Source of the DNA: Atractiella rhizophila
Taxonomy: Eukaryota
DNA length: 38,077 nt
Assembly: GCA_021432655.1 (NCBI GenBank)
Contig: MU271210.1
Coordinates: forward strand, 1 to 38,077
Direction: 5' to 3'
Below are positions 1-13,595 of the stretch, piece by piece; position 1 is the first letter of the stretch; each line of letters opens with the position of its first letter. A model generated the notes under the pieces. That model saw only the letters and a list, made by a program, of their open reading frames with translations, was not told where the DNA came from and did not search any database. A program made the translations under genes and the position numbers.

Positions 1-3000
1 TGGAAGGAAGCGTTTATCAGACGCAAGTCAATCTCTTTACAGTTGACTTCAGCGTAATAGAAAGGTTTGCGCATAACTAATACGTGCTCCTTTCTGGCTT
101 CCCTATGGACACACTCCTCCTGCATTCGCTGATGGAGATCAACACGAAGACTCTCCATTCGTCCTTTCAGTCCGAGAACGGTCGTGACTCCCTGTGCCCA
201 ATCCTTGTCGTCCTCTTGACGGAAAGTGTGGGAGACAAAGATCGGTGCGAGGCGAAAGCTGTATTTGATTGTGCCACAATGCCTCCCAAATTTCGCAGAC
301 TCAGCAGAGCCTGGAAATTTTGATCCTTGACGGATTGGTAAGGATAATGTTCCATCAAAAAGCTTCCACCAGGCGAAGAAGTGAGTCATGCCTTCCGGTG
401 TCAGATGGAGGGCGTTGTATTGACAGTTGTTCTCACCCGTACGGTCTGAAGGATTGGGAGCTGTCCCCTTGAGCGCTGATAGAGATATGGAAAAATGAAT
501 GAAGTCTGAACGGAAGGATTGGAAGGAATCGAAACCCGAGGGAAGTGATTGAGTAGAGGTGACGACGCGGTAGTGAGGTTTGAAGTGGAACAAGCGACAT
601 TGTCGATGGAAAGTAGATCCTAAGAATTGGGTGAATGTTTAATCAAACAACCCGTGAAACTACTTGCCGACACATTTCTGGGGAGCTTCGCAACTGCCAT
701 CCCTGCAAGTACGTTCGGGGACAACGCCCATTCCCCAGCGCACTCCACCAATCAGTCTGAGACAAACCAGACCGAAGTCTTCATTCGATGAGGCGCTGGG
801 ACTAATTGAAACTCGATGATCGTCTCGCTCCCTGCTGAGTGGGTTCGTTTTGACTCCGCTTTGTCCTTTGGAGTAATGGCTTAAGTCTGGGATAGCCAGT
901 ACAAAACGATCACTCTGAACTTCGAGAAACTCATGATGTTTCTTTAAGCTATCCGGTTGACCAAGGCGAATGATAGTATCGTCCATCCAGGCAAGGACAA
1001 AGCCTGCACCAAAACCGCTCAAGTGATATGGATCTCGGCTTCCCTTCAGATGAAGATAAACCGGACCAGCAAACTTGATCTCTACCCGCCAATGTAGGAC
1101 AAGACGAATCTTATCCCAGAAAGCAAGCTTCTCGGATTGATCTGGGCTTGCATGTGTGAGAGAATCGAGGACCCGAACAACATCCTGAATCGTGGGGTGC
1201 ATGGAATTTCCCCAACCAATTCGGGTAACATTCTTGCTGTTCACCCTGACAGATGGAACCATGTAAGTTTTAGTGGGCATCGCCGTTCTGGGGACCTTCA
1301 TTGAATGATCTCTCATGTCAGTGCAGCCAGATGCCGGAACAATCGTAGATGATGCCCATCGGACGGAGCTCGGTGGACCATGTTCCTCAGCGATTACGAA
1401 ATCGGTGGATAACTCCCAGGCTGGGGTGGACAGAACCCCTGTAGAAGGTATTTCGAGAAGTGGGAGAGGGAAATCTCTCAAAGTGCAAGTAACGGATGAT
1501 GCGGACCAATCCAGATGAAAGGGAATGACGAGGTTGAACAGGGTGTCGGCCGGCATACCCTTGCCAACTTCGTGAAGAAATCCGTCAACTCCCACACCTC
1601 CTGGCTGGTCGAAATGAGGGGGGGGCTAATGCGAACGGCGAAATCGGTAACAGTCAAGCGAGCCAGAGGAGTTGTTCTCGGGGGCTTTCGCATTGGAACC
1701 AGAACGTCGGCCTTAGCCCTCAGCTTGAGCACGGGGGGCTTGATATCCCCTTCGTCCTGTTGTTGCCGCATCCTATCCACTCTGGCTTTCCATGTCCGGG
1801 CGTTGTCCTCGGCTGCTTTGAGGTCAAACTCTTCTCGCCAATGTTCGTCTCTTAGCTTCCCCTTGTCAAAGTCCTGTGGATACCAAGATTCAAGCTGCCG
1901 CAGACATTCATGAAGCTGCTCCGCTCTTGCTGACCGTGCTCTCTGTTCTTGAAATCCAGCTTGCCAGATAATATTGAGCGCATTTTCAAACGGATCATCT
2001 TCAAACTCGAGTATAACGGTTGGTATATTGACGTCAATTCTAGGTACCTTTTTGGGGACTTCAGGAATCGGGTCAATTGTCCAATTCTGACGTTTGTTGA
2101 AGACGCGCTGGGACATTTGCTTAATGCACTTGACCATGTTGACAATCGCTTCAATGGAATCCGCGAGAATGAACTTGTAAGGTATCCTGAGGCGGATAAC
2201 ACTTGCGTCAAACTTCAAGACTTGCTGTTGCAACCTAATGTTCAGATCGTGGGTGCGAATCAAATCATCGAAACCTTCTGAAACAGTGGGCGAGAATCCA
2301 GCCAATAGCGCCGTAGTGCATTTGAGATTCAGCTCGCTCAGTGACTTTGGATGTGCGGGTTTTCTAAAGACGAGGTCCACATTGGTAAGCTGGAGGTAGA
2401 GCCTATCACAACATGGTTAGCTGCATCAATGCACCGATCTGGACAGCTACCTGGCAGGGTCATCAAGCTGCAACACGACATCTATCTGCCGACACTTCGC
2501 TGATATGTTCACACCTAAAACTTCTGATTCCCTCCCACCCCGTTCTCTCTTCTTCCCTCTCTTTCGGCAGGTTACGATCGAATGCAGTTAAAGCAATCAT
2601 AGCGAAGTAGATGTCGGCGAGAGTAATCCTCGAGATTAGGCAGCTGGATTCCAAGTTACACAGAAAACTCGTAGCGCTGTTCATTTTCTTCTGATTGTTT
2701 GGAAAAGCTGAAAGGAATTTCAAGATTTCTGAAGTAGAGTAGGCTAGATTTAAGCTTCTCCTCGTCTCTTTTCCACTCCAGAATGGCTTGGGTTGCAGCT
2801 GTCACCTTTCTTGCCATCTTCGGTCGATCTCCTACTGTGTGCGACACCTCCTCCATATCCTTCAGAGTAGCATCTCGCAAACTTTTATCCGTGACTCTGG
2901 CGTCAAGGACAGGAACAACATTAGCCTCTGCGACCGCCAGCTGAAAAAAAACGCCTTAGGGATCCGCGATGTCGCATAAGAGTTGGCATGGCCACTTGCG

Positions 3001-5798
3001 GAGACTCGAATGTCGTCTTTGAGATCAAGTTGTCCCCTGATATGGAATGATTCCATCCCGGTTACAGCTTTGTTGGAGAAAAGATATTCCAATAGAATAT
3101 TGCGGCTTTCGAGCTTGATTCCTCTCACCATAGATTCACCCTCTTTCGGATCTTCTTTTGCCAATCGGACAGTTGCTTGCGCCAGGGACAGGTGAAAATA
3201 CTGATCCCTAGGAAGTTTACCCATTAAAGGGACGGAAAGATCCTGTTGGGTTTCCAAGAACGGTCTTGTTGTCAATAAGTCGAGCGCGTCGCGGTAAGCG
3301 CGCAGTGCAGNNNNNTAGATGGTATCGAGATCGAGAATAGGGATGTCGTGGCCAGCAAGGCTGTCGTACTCTTCCCATCCCGTAATATCTTGGAAGACTC
3401 GATATTCGAGCGGCCCAAAAGTGAGAATATCTTGCTTGCTTCGGTGACGTCTGGTTTGAAAGTAGCTCCGCTGTTCCGTTCGAGGTGCAATCGGAAGCGC
3501 CTCCATAGAAACTGAGAATAACCCGATCGTGACTTCGCCATCGACACGGTACATCAAAGTGTGATGACGCTTGTCGTGAAAATCAACGGCGGAGAAGCGT
3601 TTGACTCGTACTGCCTTCGGAACAGCCTTCTTGCTTGCTTCACTACGAGAAGTGGAACCGTCATGGTTCATGACGGAGCGTGCGAAACTATCTCGGTAGG
3701 AAGTTTGAACATTGAAGGTGCTTTCGCTGAGGCTGATATGAAGTCTGTCTCCACGCCACTCATCGCGACCTATAACGGTGTAAGAGAACGTGTTGAGTTT
3801 GACGCATCCGATGATCCTGGGTAAACCGGCAAGAAGCTCTTCCGCAAGGGTAGGTGTCAGATGTGCTGGGTGAGCGTCGCCTTCAGATTGGCGTCCCGCA
3901 TCCCTTTCTTGTCTGCGAGCCTTGTAGCGGTAAGAGCGAACTGCAAGGCCCCAATTAACAGCCTCAAGTTCCTGCATGTTACACTTCCCGCTCATCGTTC
4001 CCACCTCGAGCTCTCCAACTATGAGGTGAGAATTTGGATCTCCTTGGAAGAGAGGTTCTTGCTGAGTACGTTCTGTAGGGGCAAAAAACCTTTTCATCTG
4101 TGTAGGGAACCAATTGCTGCTGAGACTGAAGCTCGATGATCCAAGATGAAAACCTGAAAGAGGCCCTGAATAAACACTTGCTCCTTGCTCATAGCAGGAC
4201 GACTCACTGTCACTTTCAGGTTTGTCGTCCAAGCTCAGACGAACTTCTACCGAACTCATACTCGCGTCCACAGTGGTGAGGATGTCTTCTCCTCCAAACC
4301 ATTCCCCTTGAGCCGAGCCTTTAACCTTCACTCCTCTTCTCAGCACAAGTGCTATTCCATCTCCCTCAACACGGAATTCAATGCTCCGTGGTAGTTCTGG
4401 ACGTGGGCATTCTCGCGGCCAGGCACTCTCAGGGAGAGGATCCGCAGAAGGATAGTGGGAAACAAAAAGGTTGATCCTAGGCAGCTTCAGTTGTACTTCT
4501 CGAATTGCTCTCAAAAAATTTCGAAGGTGCTTTGGAGGCAGAGGCTGATGACGCTTAGTCGCTTCTTGGAGAATTGTAGACTGGTCGAGTAAGTCTTCGT
4601 CCTCCCAAATGGTTTCAAAGGAGGCGTCCGAAGCCTTCGAGAGTCGATCCTGCTTTGCATCTGACACCTTGGGAGTCGGCAGCTGTAGCGAATTCAATAG
4701 AGGGACAGCCGCAGATTGTCCGACAAGACTTTCCATCTTCTCGCCAAATGCCTCCAGCGCCTTCTTGACTTTATCCACCTGAATCTCGAAAGGTTGCTTT
4801 CCGAACTCCAAGTTGACATTGACGGACGCTGGTTTGAGGCCGGCAGGTGTAAAAAGACCACCTAAGCCGACGGTGGGGTCGAGCGGAGCAGTAAATTCAA
4901 GCTTGACCCAACGAGGGAGATTGAAGCAAATGGCCTTTGTTGTCGTTGCGCATTCCACTACCTTCACACCTTCCAGTTTCAGCCATCCCATCACATGGTT
5001 TTCCTTGCTCCTCTTTAACTCAACTCCGATCCTTGCCTTCTCAATGACAAGCGTTCCCAATCCTTCAACTTCCAAGGAGAAATCAACCAACTCAAACGAA
5101 AACCACCCGAGGACAAACGCGAACGTTCGACCCAACCAGTTTGCGAATCGCAGGATGCGTCGAGGGATAGCGTAGCGCAGATGTCGTTTCATCATGTTCA
5201 TCCTCGCTCTCAAGGGGCTCCTCCGCCTTCCGCGCAAATGTGTTTGCATTGCAATATCTTCATCCTTCTCCAGATCTCGATTTTTCCGAGTCGCATCGTT
5301 TGAGCGGGAAAGCTTTGGAGTTGTTGGTGTTGGCGTTGATGTCTCAGATAACGTAGTTGATGCCGGCTTTTGGCGCTGCGCCTGGAGGAAGGATACGGGG
5401 AGCTTGAGTTTCAATCCGTAGATGCCTATACCGCACCAACCAGCCTTCTTGTGCTCTTCCGTTCCAATGAGGTCCTGATTGAGTACACCAAACCAGAGAA
5501 ACTTTGAGACCGCAATTTGGATCCCATTCTTCGGCAAGCAATAGTTGATATCTTCAATAAACAGTGGCCTCTTCCACGTCCAGCTTGAAGTTAACCCGGA
5601 GAAATGGGACGGCAGGTACCCGCTGAGAAAAAATGGCAGGAAACCGTATCCCGCGACGACGGCAACGAAGACAACTATCGATAACCATATCATCACTGTC
5701 GCCTGACGAGACAGTATGTGTTTGAGAGAATCATAGGCTCCAGGAATGTACAATAGACAGACAAATGACATGAGAAGTGGTAGGAGACGGTTCTGCAT
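1..5798 (-). CDS. FMP27: FMP27/Hobbit (BLTP2-family) bridge-like lipid transfer protein; 3' part runs off the window start
   Basis: Hydrophobic N-terminus. Family motifs read from the sequence: KLAFWDKIRLVLHW (GFWDK-type), GSRDPYHLSGFGAGF, DSFQSFRSDFIHFSIS, YNALHLTPEGMTHFFAWWKLFDGTLSLPIRQG, KFGRHCGTIKY, GLKGRMESLRVDLHQR. GC-AG intron at 620-667 and a GT-AG intron near 2402-2454. Frame breaks at homopolymers near 2944-2951, 2664-2667, 2521-2560 and 1618-1625; N5 gap at 3311-3315. Start codon (5798 or a later Met) uncertain. Confidence 0.9.
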
Positions 5799-7151
5799 GG
5801 TTTTGAAAGGGATTTGGAAGAATCCGGATGCGCGTTACTTGACACGAGATAACTAAAAGACCTGCAATAATCGCGTCATGCTCAGTGCCTGATTTGTCGG
5901 CTAGAGAGGGCCCCATAACAAGTGTAACAATGCAAAGAACTCACCTGTTCGCGGTGCTCTTCTTTAATCAATCCCCGAGGTAAATGCATCCACTAATGCT
6001 TCAGCTCGACGCAATCGGCTCCTGTTCAAATCCGGCTCTGTTCTTCCCAAACAAGCAGGAAACAACCAAGCCAACCGATACTCGGTCAATCCAGTAAAGT
6101 TTCTTGTGAATAGACCTGCTTGAAAGTCAGAATGGGAGGACTGTTGGACGTGGGAATGAGTGAGACCCAAAAGTATAAGGTTGCGGCAGAGCCTTCTCAC
6201 CAATTTTTGTCACGTGCTAACATAACTCGTTAACCCAACGATTTTTCAGAAGTGCACAATGTCTGTAGACGAATGACTGTGAGTGGATGAAGACCTGAGT
6301 GCGTAATTATATAATGTGGTCTTCAATTCTATGGAGAAGTTGTCATCGTCGCTCGCGCTCAGCCACTCAACCTTTTGGTCATTTCGCACTCACGATGGCG
6401 TTGGTCGACCGTTCTTTTCAGTAGTTCATAAAATCGGTATCATTTTTTTGGATATGGTTGTATCTGACCAAGTTTCACACATTTCATACCAATCTTGAAA
6501 GAATCTCGCTTTACTAGATTCGCGGACTTCAGCCTTGAATAGCTTGGTAGCTCACTATTCAGCTTCAGTGCCTTAAATCATGTAAGCGGGCTGATCCATC
6601 AATGTTGAGGCAAGAACTCTCTCAATATCTCAATCTTCAAGCAAGAAAAATAATTATAAGTGCTACTTGATAGTATAATGCAACTACACCTGACAAGACC
6701 CCAAGTTGCAGATCTACCCGCTTTGTTGGCACAGCTGTTTTGTTATTACAATGGGCGAAACATCTTTCGTTCATACCAGTGGCGTTCCTTCCTTTCTTTC
6801 TAGGAAGTCGACGTTCAGAGATGAGACAAAGTTAGTGTTAACAACTGCACACGGTTGGTCTTAAAGTCCTTCTGGATTGCTTCAAGCAACGTAAGCTAAG
6901 TCATAGCATTGTGTCTACCTTCATGGTTTCCTAAAACTTCCCTGGTGACCAACAATGGCCCAACAAGTCATCCTGAGTTATCAATTGCGATTGCGCATGT
7001 CGGCGCATCAATCTCATCATCGCAGCCGCAATTTCTGATCGAAAACGCCCAGAAAGAGAAAATCAAAGCCTTCGCCTCTCGCTAGATCTCGCCCTCCACC
7101 TCTCACACTTCGCCCTTCATTACGCGGTCATTGATATTGTAACCTGCAACG

Positions 7152-8767
7152 ATGGATGAGATCCCAATCTCGACACCCCAAGCGTTACCCAATCTCCCCG
7201 ATCCTCTCGTCGTGTTAGAGCCCGAGGGGATGTACGAGGGAACTGCATTGGAAGAGGAATTGTTCTCAGCTGCTGGTGCAAGGGTTAAGTTCATTCGAGG
7301 TAACATTGGCCGTACAGGTTAGTCTCTTCGTTCCTACTTGATTGGAGCTGAAATGTCTGATTTCGGACAGGAAGCTTAGATGATATCGATGATGAAATCT
7401 GCAAGACAGTTCACGGTATCCTCGTAAACATCCTTTACTGGCTGTCTCGCTTGGTTACTTAACGCCAGGCAAATAAATAGATATTCCGACATCATTTCGG
7501 CAAGGACCAAATTGCCCGTTTTCCCCTCCTTCGCGCCTGCATTAGGTGTGGAGCAGGATACGATATTCTAGACAGAGAGGAACTGGCACGACGAAACGTT
7601 CTCGTTGCCAACATCCCAGACTACGGTTCGTCTCAGCGCACAAGAAGCCCGTCATTGATTCTATTCAAATTGCAGGAACGGCAGAAGTAGCTGACCACGC
7701 AATCGCTCTAGCACTTTCCCTTCGTCGTACGTCCTGCCGCCGCTTCATCCCCCTTCTCTCAAACTCAGCCATCATCTCGACTTAATGACGCTATGACAGG
7801 TGGGGTGTCCCTCCATGAACACCTCCAGCGAGCAAATCCTCCTGCTCCATGGGAAATCAATCCATCCCCTCTCATCCACCGTCTTGAAGGGAAGACGTTT
7901 GGCGTTTTAGGACTGGGTACGCCTCGCTCGATCTTGATTCAACATTTGAACCACGTCCCATATTCCATTTTTAGGGAGGATCGGGACGGCTGCCGCTCTT
8001 CGTGCGAAAGCATTCGGATGGAAAGTCATCTTCTACGACCGTTCGTCTCCTGTTCTCCACTCATTCTGCTTATCAGAACTGAACTGTCTCGCTGTGCCAT
8101 GTAGCCTATCTCAAGAACGGAGTAGACAAATCTCTGGGGTTCGAGCGCATCAAGACACTCGAGGAATTCTTCCGGCGAACAGACACACTCTCCATCCACG
8201 CCGTGCGTCTTCTCCATCTTCGTTGCTTCGTTTGCGAGCGTGCGCCGTACTGATGTTACTCGGAATGGACGCGTAGCCTTTGACGCACAATACTCGTGGG
8301 TTGGTTACGGAGAGACTGTTGCGTCTCATGCCGGCTAAAACTTCGGTATTGATCACAACCGCTCGCGGCCCAATTGTAGACTTAGACGGACTCGAAGCTG
8401 TGAGCCTCCTTTCTCCACTGTAACCACTACCGTACAATGATTCCTGATAACTCGTTTTTGATGACAGGTATTGAAAGACAACCATCTCGCTGGCGCGGCA
8501 CTCGACGTCTTACCTAAAGAAGCACAGGAGGATCACTCGCTTGTGCAAGCGTATAGAAATAAAGAACCCTGGACTCTGGGCAGGTTGATCATCACTCCTC
8601 ATTCTGCATTTTGGACGCCGGAGGCGTGGCAGGATATCAGGTAACCTTTCCTGCCATTTTTTCGAGGATGGCACTGAAGAGAGGATAGACGACTGACGGC
8701 TGAGACCATCGTGGAGCTACTGGTGTATGGTTCCAGTTTGAATGTAATCCGACCAGAGCAAGAGTGA
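7152..8767 (+). CDS. D-isomer-specific 2-hydroxyacid dehydrogenase, CtBP-like, about 9 introns
   Basis: Spliced translation MDEIPIST...RCGAGYDILD...ANIPDYGTAEVADHAIALAL...FGVLGLGRIG (Rossmann GxGxxG)...ITTARGPIVD...GAALDVLPKE...IITPHSAFWT...NVIRPEQE*. Contains the family Arg/Glu/His catalytic motifs. Short GT-AG introns (e.g. 7318-7370, 8641-8688) restore the frame. Confidence 0.9.
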
Positions 8768-9197
8768 TTCTCAGTAGAACTTGTAATGATAGATGAATGG
8801 AGAAAAACTACGATATCCATTGCACTCTCTCTCTGTGCGAGGATCTTTCTGATTTCGGAACTAACCGAATTGCACGCTCTTCCCGCCGGCTCGGAGTATC
8901 CCGACAAGGGAGTCTTCGCTCAGAACCTCAGACACTCAGCCTCCCTTCCCATCGATTCATATTCGATAGTAAGGCCGCATTTCGCATATAACGTCAAATC
9001 GGACGATAGTTTCCAAGCCTTCTCCCCATTTTTGAGAATCAAATTCCCAAGAAGCTGTTCGGCTTCTCCCTCCCCGCGTTAGCCGACTGCAAGTACCCGA
9101 AGCAGCCTGTCCACAACCACAAAACCATCTCCACACTTCCCCAGACTCCCTCTCCCATCCCAATCTTTTCTAATCCAACCAGCTACTAGCAGCGACC

Positions 9198-10991
9198 ATG
9201 TCCAGTCCTCCAGTCCTCGACGAAGACCCATCCCGCGTCCTCTTCTCCGTGGAGAACGGGATTGCGCTCATCAAGCTCGTCCGTCTTTCCACACTCAAAG
9301 AGGCTGAAACTAATTTCTAAAACTGTGACGAAAATGATATAACGGATGCAGAACATGCCCAAAAAGCTCAACGCGCTCTCCCTCCCCCTCTACACCCACA
9401 TCGCCGCCCTCCTCCGTTACGCCTCCTCCCTCCCCCTCAAACAGTGTCACGCCACAGTCGTCACCGGCGAAGGGAGGTTTTGGAGCGCTGGGGCGGATGT
9501 CAGCACCGGCAGGCTGGCGGGAGATGGAGAGGATGTGAGGACTCATTGGATGAGCCGTCTGTCAGCTGGTACGCTCTTGATTCTTCCTTTTGAGTGCCTT
9601 TGAGCTTTTATTTCGTTGTTAATTCTTTCTCTTTGTTTGATTTGTTGAACTCGTCACAATTCTGAAATTGACATGCTCGAAATTTCGCGCGTTCAAAGCT
9701 GTGGTTACAGTAGCCCACAAGCTGCAATCTCCTGTGTTTATTTGTGATCTTGAATCTTCCAAGAAAGGACAAGGATTCTTCTCCAAACTAGATACTCGAT
9801 GTCATGAAAAAATGCTGTTTTTGTCAGGATTGCTTGGTATTCGATATAGTGGGCATGTTCAAATTCGCTCTTTGGGCTATCATGAAGGCTGGAAAATTGT
9901 GAGAAATTGGTTCCTGTTTTAAACCCAGCGAACTCGCAAGGTGTATGAGAGCCTAGAGACGTCGGGACTATCGACCAATGTATCCTCTTCTAGATTTACA
10001 AAGTTCAACGTTAGAACCGCACGTAGTTGAACCTCATTAATCAACTTCTGCTAGCTCGCTCTTCTATATGGCGAAATAGACTTCAAAGTCATGCTATATA
10101 TGATGCAGCGCACGCTTTAATTCCAATACTGGATATAATGAAACGTTCTTCTTCAAACTCGACACTGGATTGTCGCGATGTTGTATTACCTTGTCCAATC
10201 ATTCATACTAATCCTGGTGATTCTAATTCTGACTTGCCTTCCTGGAAAGGTAACATGCAACTAGCAAAAGCGTGCATGGAACACAAAAAGCTGCTCATCG
10301 CCGCCCTCAACGGTCAGTCCATCCTTGCTCCCCCTTCTACAAAGCTGAGAAATATGACTTGCAGGACCAGCAATCGGTCTCTCCGCTGCCCTCTTGGGTT
10401 GGTTCGACTTCCTCTATGCCACCGAGGACTTTTTCCTCCTCACACCTTTCACTGGGTCCGTATAACTCCCTCCTCATTGCCTCCGTGATAGAAAACGATG
10501 CACGGTACTGAGTGAACCGTCCATGGGAACAGACTCGGGCTGGCGGCGGAAGGAGGAGCGAGCTTGACGTTCCCTAGACGAATGGGAGTGGGACTAGCGA
10601 ACGAAGGTAGGCCTCGCACCGTCCATCCATTTCTCCTCCATCCATCTATCCATCCACATCTTTGTGGCTAACCATCCCGTCTCCGACAGCTTTATTACTC
10701 TCCCGCAAGCTCACAGCAAAGGAATTGGAGCGAGCCGGATTCATAAACCGCCTCTTCCCGAAACAAGACTTTCTCTCCACCGTCCTCTCACATGTGCGCG
10801 AGAGCACAGAGGACCTTGTGAAGGAGTCGCTGGTGCTTACGAAGACGTTGATACAGGACGGGCTGGGGAGGGAGAGGGGCGACACGATTAATATGAATGA
10901 GATCTTTGTTGGGACGGAACGATTTGTTAGCGGGAAGCCTCAGGAAAGGTTTTTAGAGATTGCGACGAAACAGAGGAAACATAAACTTTGA
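9198..10991 (+). CDS. Peroxisomal delta3,delta2-enoyl-CoA isomerase (crotonase fold), paralog 1
   Basis: Spliced MSSPPVLDEDPSRV...KKLNAL...TGEGRFWSAGADV...IAALNGPAIGLSAALLGWFDFLYA...TPFTGLGLAAEGGASLTFPRRMG...KQRKHKL*. C-terminal HKL is PTS1-like. Introns include 9279-9351 and a long 9569-10249. Confidence 0.9.
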
Positions 10992-11450
10992 CGCAAACAA
11001 TGTATGATGGATACATCTGCATTAATGGTTTGGCATATTGAATCCGGAGCTAAATGGAGTCAATTTGCAAGTAGAACTTTCGCGCAGAAAGCCCAACCAA
11101 TTTTTGGCTCCATTTGGGAAGCCTAGCCTATGGCGAAGAAGGATGATCAAAAGATGGATAAGCAATTGGGCAAAAGTCCACTCTACTATAATGCTCTGTT
11201 GCTTGAGATATGTCCCCGATTCTTTTGAGCCTTTCTCCTTTCTGCTCTTCATAAAATCGTCCAGACAGACCGCTCGCACCTTGTTTCCTGGAAGCAACTT
11301 TGATTGTGGATGATCTGGAGAAAAGAGCAAAGCCAAAATTTGTATGTTTGGGGCGAAGGGGATCAAACGTGCAGGATTCTGGATCGCGGGATCGAGGACG
11401 AAGGCACAGAGCTCTAATGTTACAAGGTTCTGAATTTACAGGATTATTGT

Positions 11451-12843
11451 CTATGGAGATGGAGATGTAGTTACAGAGTATTCGGTGTCAGACGAAGATG
11501 AAGTAGATCCATCAGATTCAATGTATTCGACGTCAATCAACCATTTTGCTGTAATCCCGTGTTCTTCGACAAGGTCCTTCAATGCATCAACAAGTTCGAC
11601 ATCAGCTCCATCGATATCACCCTTTAGGCAAAGGATTTTGAGGTTTCCAGGTAGCTTTATGAACGTAGATCTCCAGAGTTGCAAATCAAGAAAACTGCCA
11701 AAACATTCGGTCAAAGTCAAAGTTCGTAAGGTTGGAGTGAAGGGTCCAAATGAGTCATATTTAGGATCCCAAGCATCGAGAGGGAATGATTGAAGCTCCA
11801 ATGTTCTGAGGTTGGGAATAGCGTTTAAAGCAGCATAAAGATCAGCGGACGGAATCATACCCCCAGTATTGTGGCCTTTATTTATCCCATGGGCAATCCG
11901 TAAAACTGAGAGCGAACCCGCCAATTTTTCCAAAAGGTTTAGAAGCAGCTCGCCTGTGAGATCGAATTCCGCAACGACTTCGAGGAGTCGGAGCTTGGGA
12001 AGCTCTATAATCGCATTGGAGGTCAGGCTGGAGCTGAGGAGAACAGGGAGACTCGTTTTAGATGCCAAGTAATGATAATCAGTCGAGTGCATTCGCGCGG
12101 CGGTTAAAAAGGGAGGGAATATAAAGGAGAAGGTCTCAAGATGGCTCCTAGTCGTCGGCCAACGAAGCACGATAGGTGGGGGTAAGTCTAAAAATTCGTC
12201 ATCTTGCCACCCCCTTTCCTGCCAATCGTGGCGCAAGATGTCCAGAGAGCGGAGGTGTGGGCTAGAACTGAAGCATTCTAGACTATCATGGGCAAGGTAA
12301 GCCCCGTTGTCAAATATCATGAGATGTTCCACTGGTATGTTTTCGAAAAGGTCAGACACCATGGCGTCAAAAACTACGCCTTCTAGGAAGTCGACAAAAT
12401 TGGAGAACACTGAAAATATCTTGAGGTGCGAGCAAGTTCGAAGTAGTCGAATGAATGACAACTTTTCCATTGGGCTGTCGTGTCTCTCGCCGCAATCCGG
12501 ACCTCCTTCTGCATGTATAGCAAATCGTAGGTGCTGGATCATCGGTGCCAGAGATGGATTGCGATCCAGAAAGTTGAGTAAACGGTGAATGTCGCGACAA
12601 ATGAGAAGAGGTGGCGGCGTGTGACACAGAGCTCGAAGAACCTGAACAGTGGTTAGACGTTGAGGGTTACTTGGTATAAGTGCTCACCCCAGGAAGCAAT
12701 GCTCTAGACAGAAGAAGCAGTTGGAAAGTATTGGAATCCCATTCTGGAATCGCAAAAGACATAATCATCTCCAAGAGTTCCTGAGGAAGACATTCGAGAT
12801 GGCAGCGAGATTGAAGGTGCGCGGGGCTCGTGCGAGAAAGCAT
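11451..12843 (-). CDS. F-box-like protein with a leucine-rich (RNI-like) C-terminal region
   Basis: Exon 1 contains LECLPQELLEMIMSFAI (F-box-like). A 46-nt GT-AG intron (12642-12687) joins it in frame to the 363-aa ORF with LxxLxL repeats (LRSLDI, LRLLEV, LRTLEL, LRTLTL, LKILCL). Confidence 0.7.
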
Positions 12844-12894
12844 AAGATGTCCAAAGGTCAAATCACGCCTGACATCCCCTGTCCTACAACAATT

Positions 12895-13527
12895 TCAGTG
12901 TCTTAGGTCTCCATTCGATATGTGCAGAATCACGCACGCCGTTGTCCGCGTATTCTGGACGTGTTCACTCAGATCCCACTTTTGTTCCCAAGTCATTAGG
13001 TCCCAAGCCTTCTTCCAGAACACTTCGTAATCCCCGTCATCACATCTGAACCCTTTCGAAGTGTCTAAATTGCGAGTCGACCATTTTATGAACCAATTCT
13101 TGACCAATTCTTGTAATTCTTCCCTGGCTTCGTCGATAGGTTCTGTCATGGCCATGGCTAGCAAAGCGAAGCTTAAGAAATTCTGAAATTGATTCCGATT
13201 GTCGATATCGAATAAGGGATAGTGCGACTACTGTGGAACCTCTTTAGCACGCAAACTTTGAACGCCGGACGTTATAGAGTGATGATAGTTATCTCGAGTT
13301 ATCCCAGTAATACATTTCGATGTTGCCCGAACCCTATCTCGCCATGGATGGAGTTCCTTCCCGTTCCCATCCACCTCAAGCTTCATCATCACAACGTTCT
13401 AGCTTTTGAGTTTGATAGGTGCCAGTGAGCAGATGGGTTCTGCATCTAGAGTCGCTGGAGGAGGTTTGTGGGCAGTAGAAGAAACGGGAGCAGATGTGAT
13501 GGTGTGGATGTTGACCTTCTTCAGCTT
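12895..13527 (-). pseudogene. Probable decayed ORF of unknown family
   Basis: One minus-strand frame of about 210 codons interrupted only by two TAG stops (13399-13401, 13228-13230). Includes the 89-aa ORF with WFIKW...FWKKAWDLMTWEQKW. Confidence 0.3.
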
Positions 13528-13595
13528 CTAGAAGGACTATATCTATATGAGAGAGGATGTAGGCATTCGCCTTTTCTAAGAATTACCATCTCTTC

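Noticed and set aside
1618..2951. Programmed ribosomal frameshifting in FMP27
   Set aside because: Four different homopolymers next to an N-gap, with no shared slippery site or stimulatory structure. Sequencing error is the simpler explanation.
6240..6560. Decayed minus-strand ORF in the FMP27-dehydrogenase intergenic region
   Set aside because: Short, with several stops and no recognisable motif, so not distinguishable from chance.
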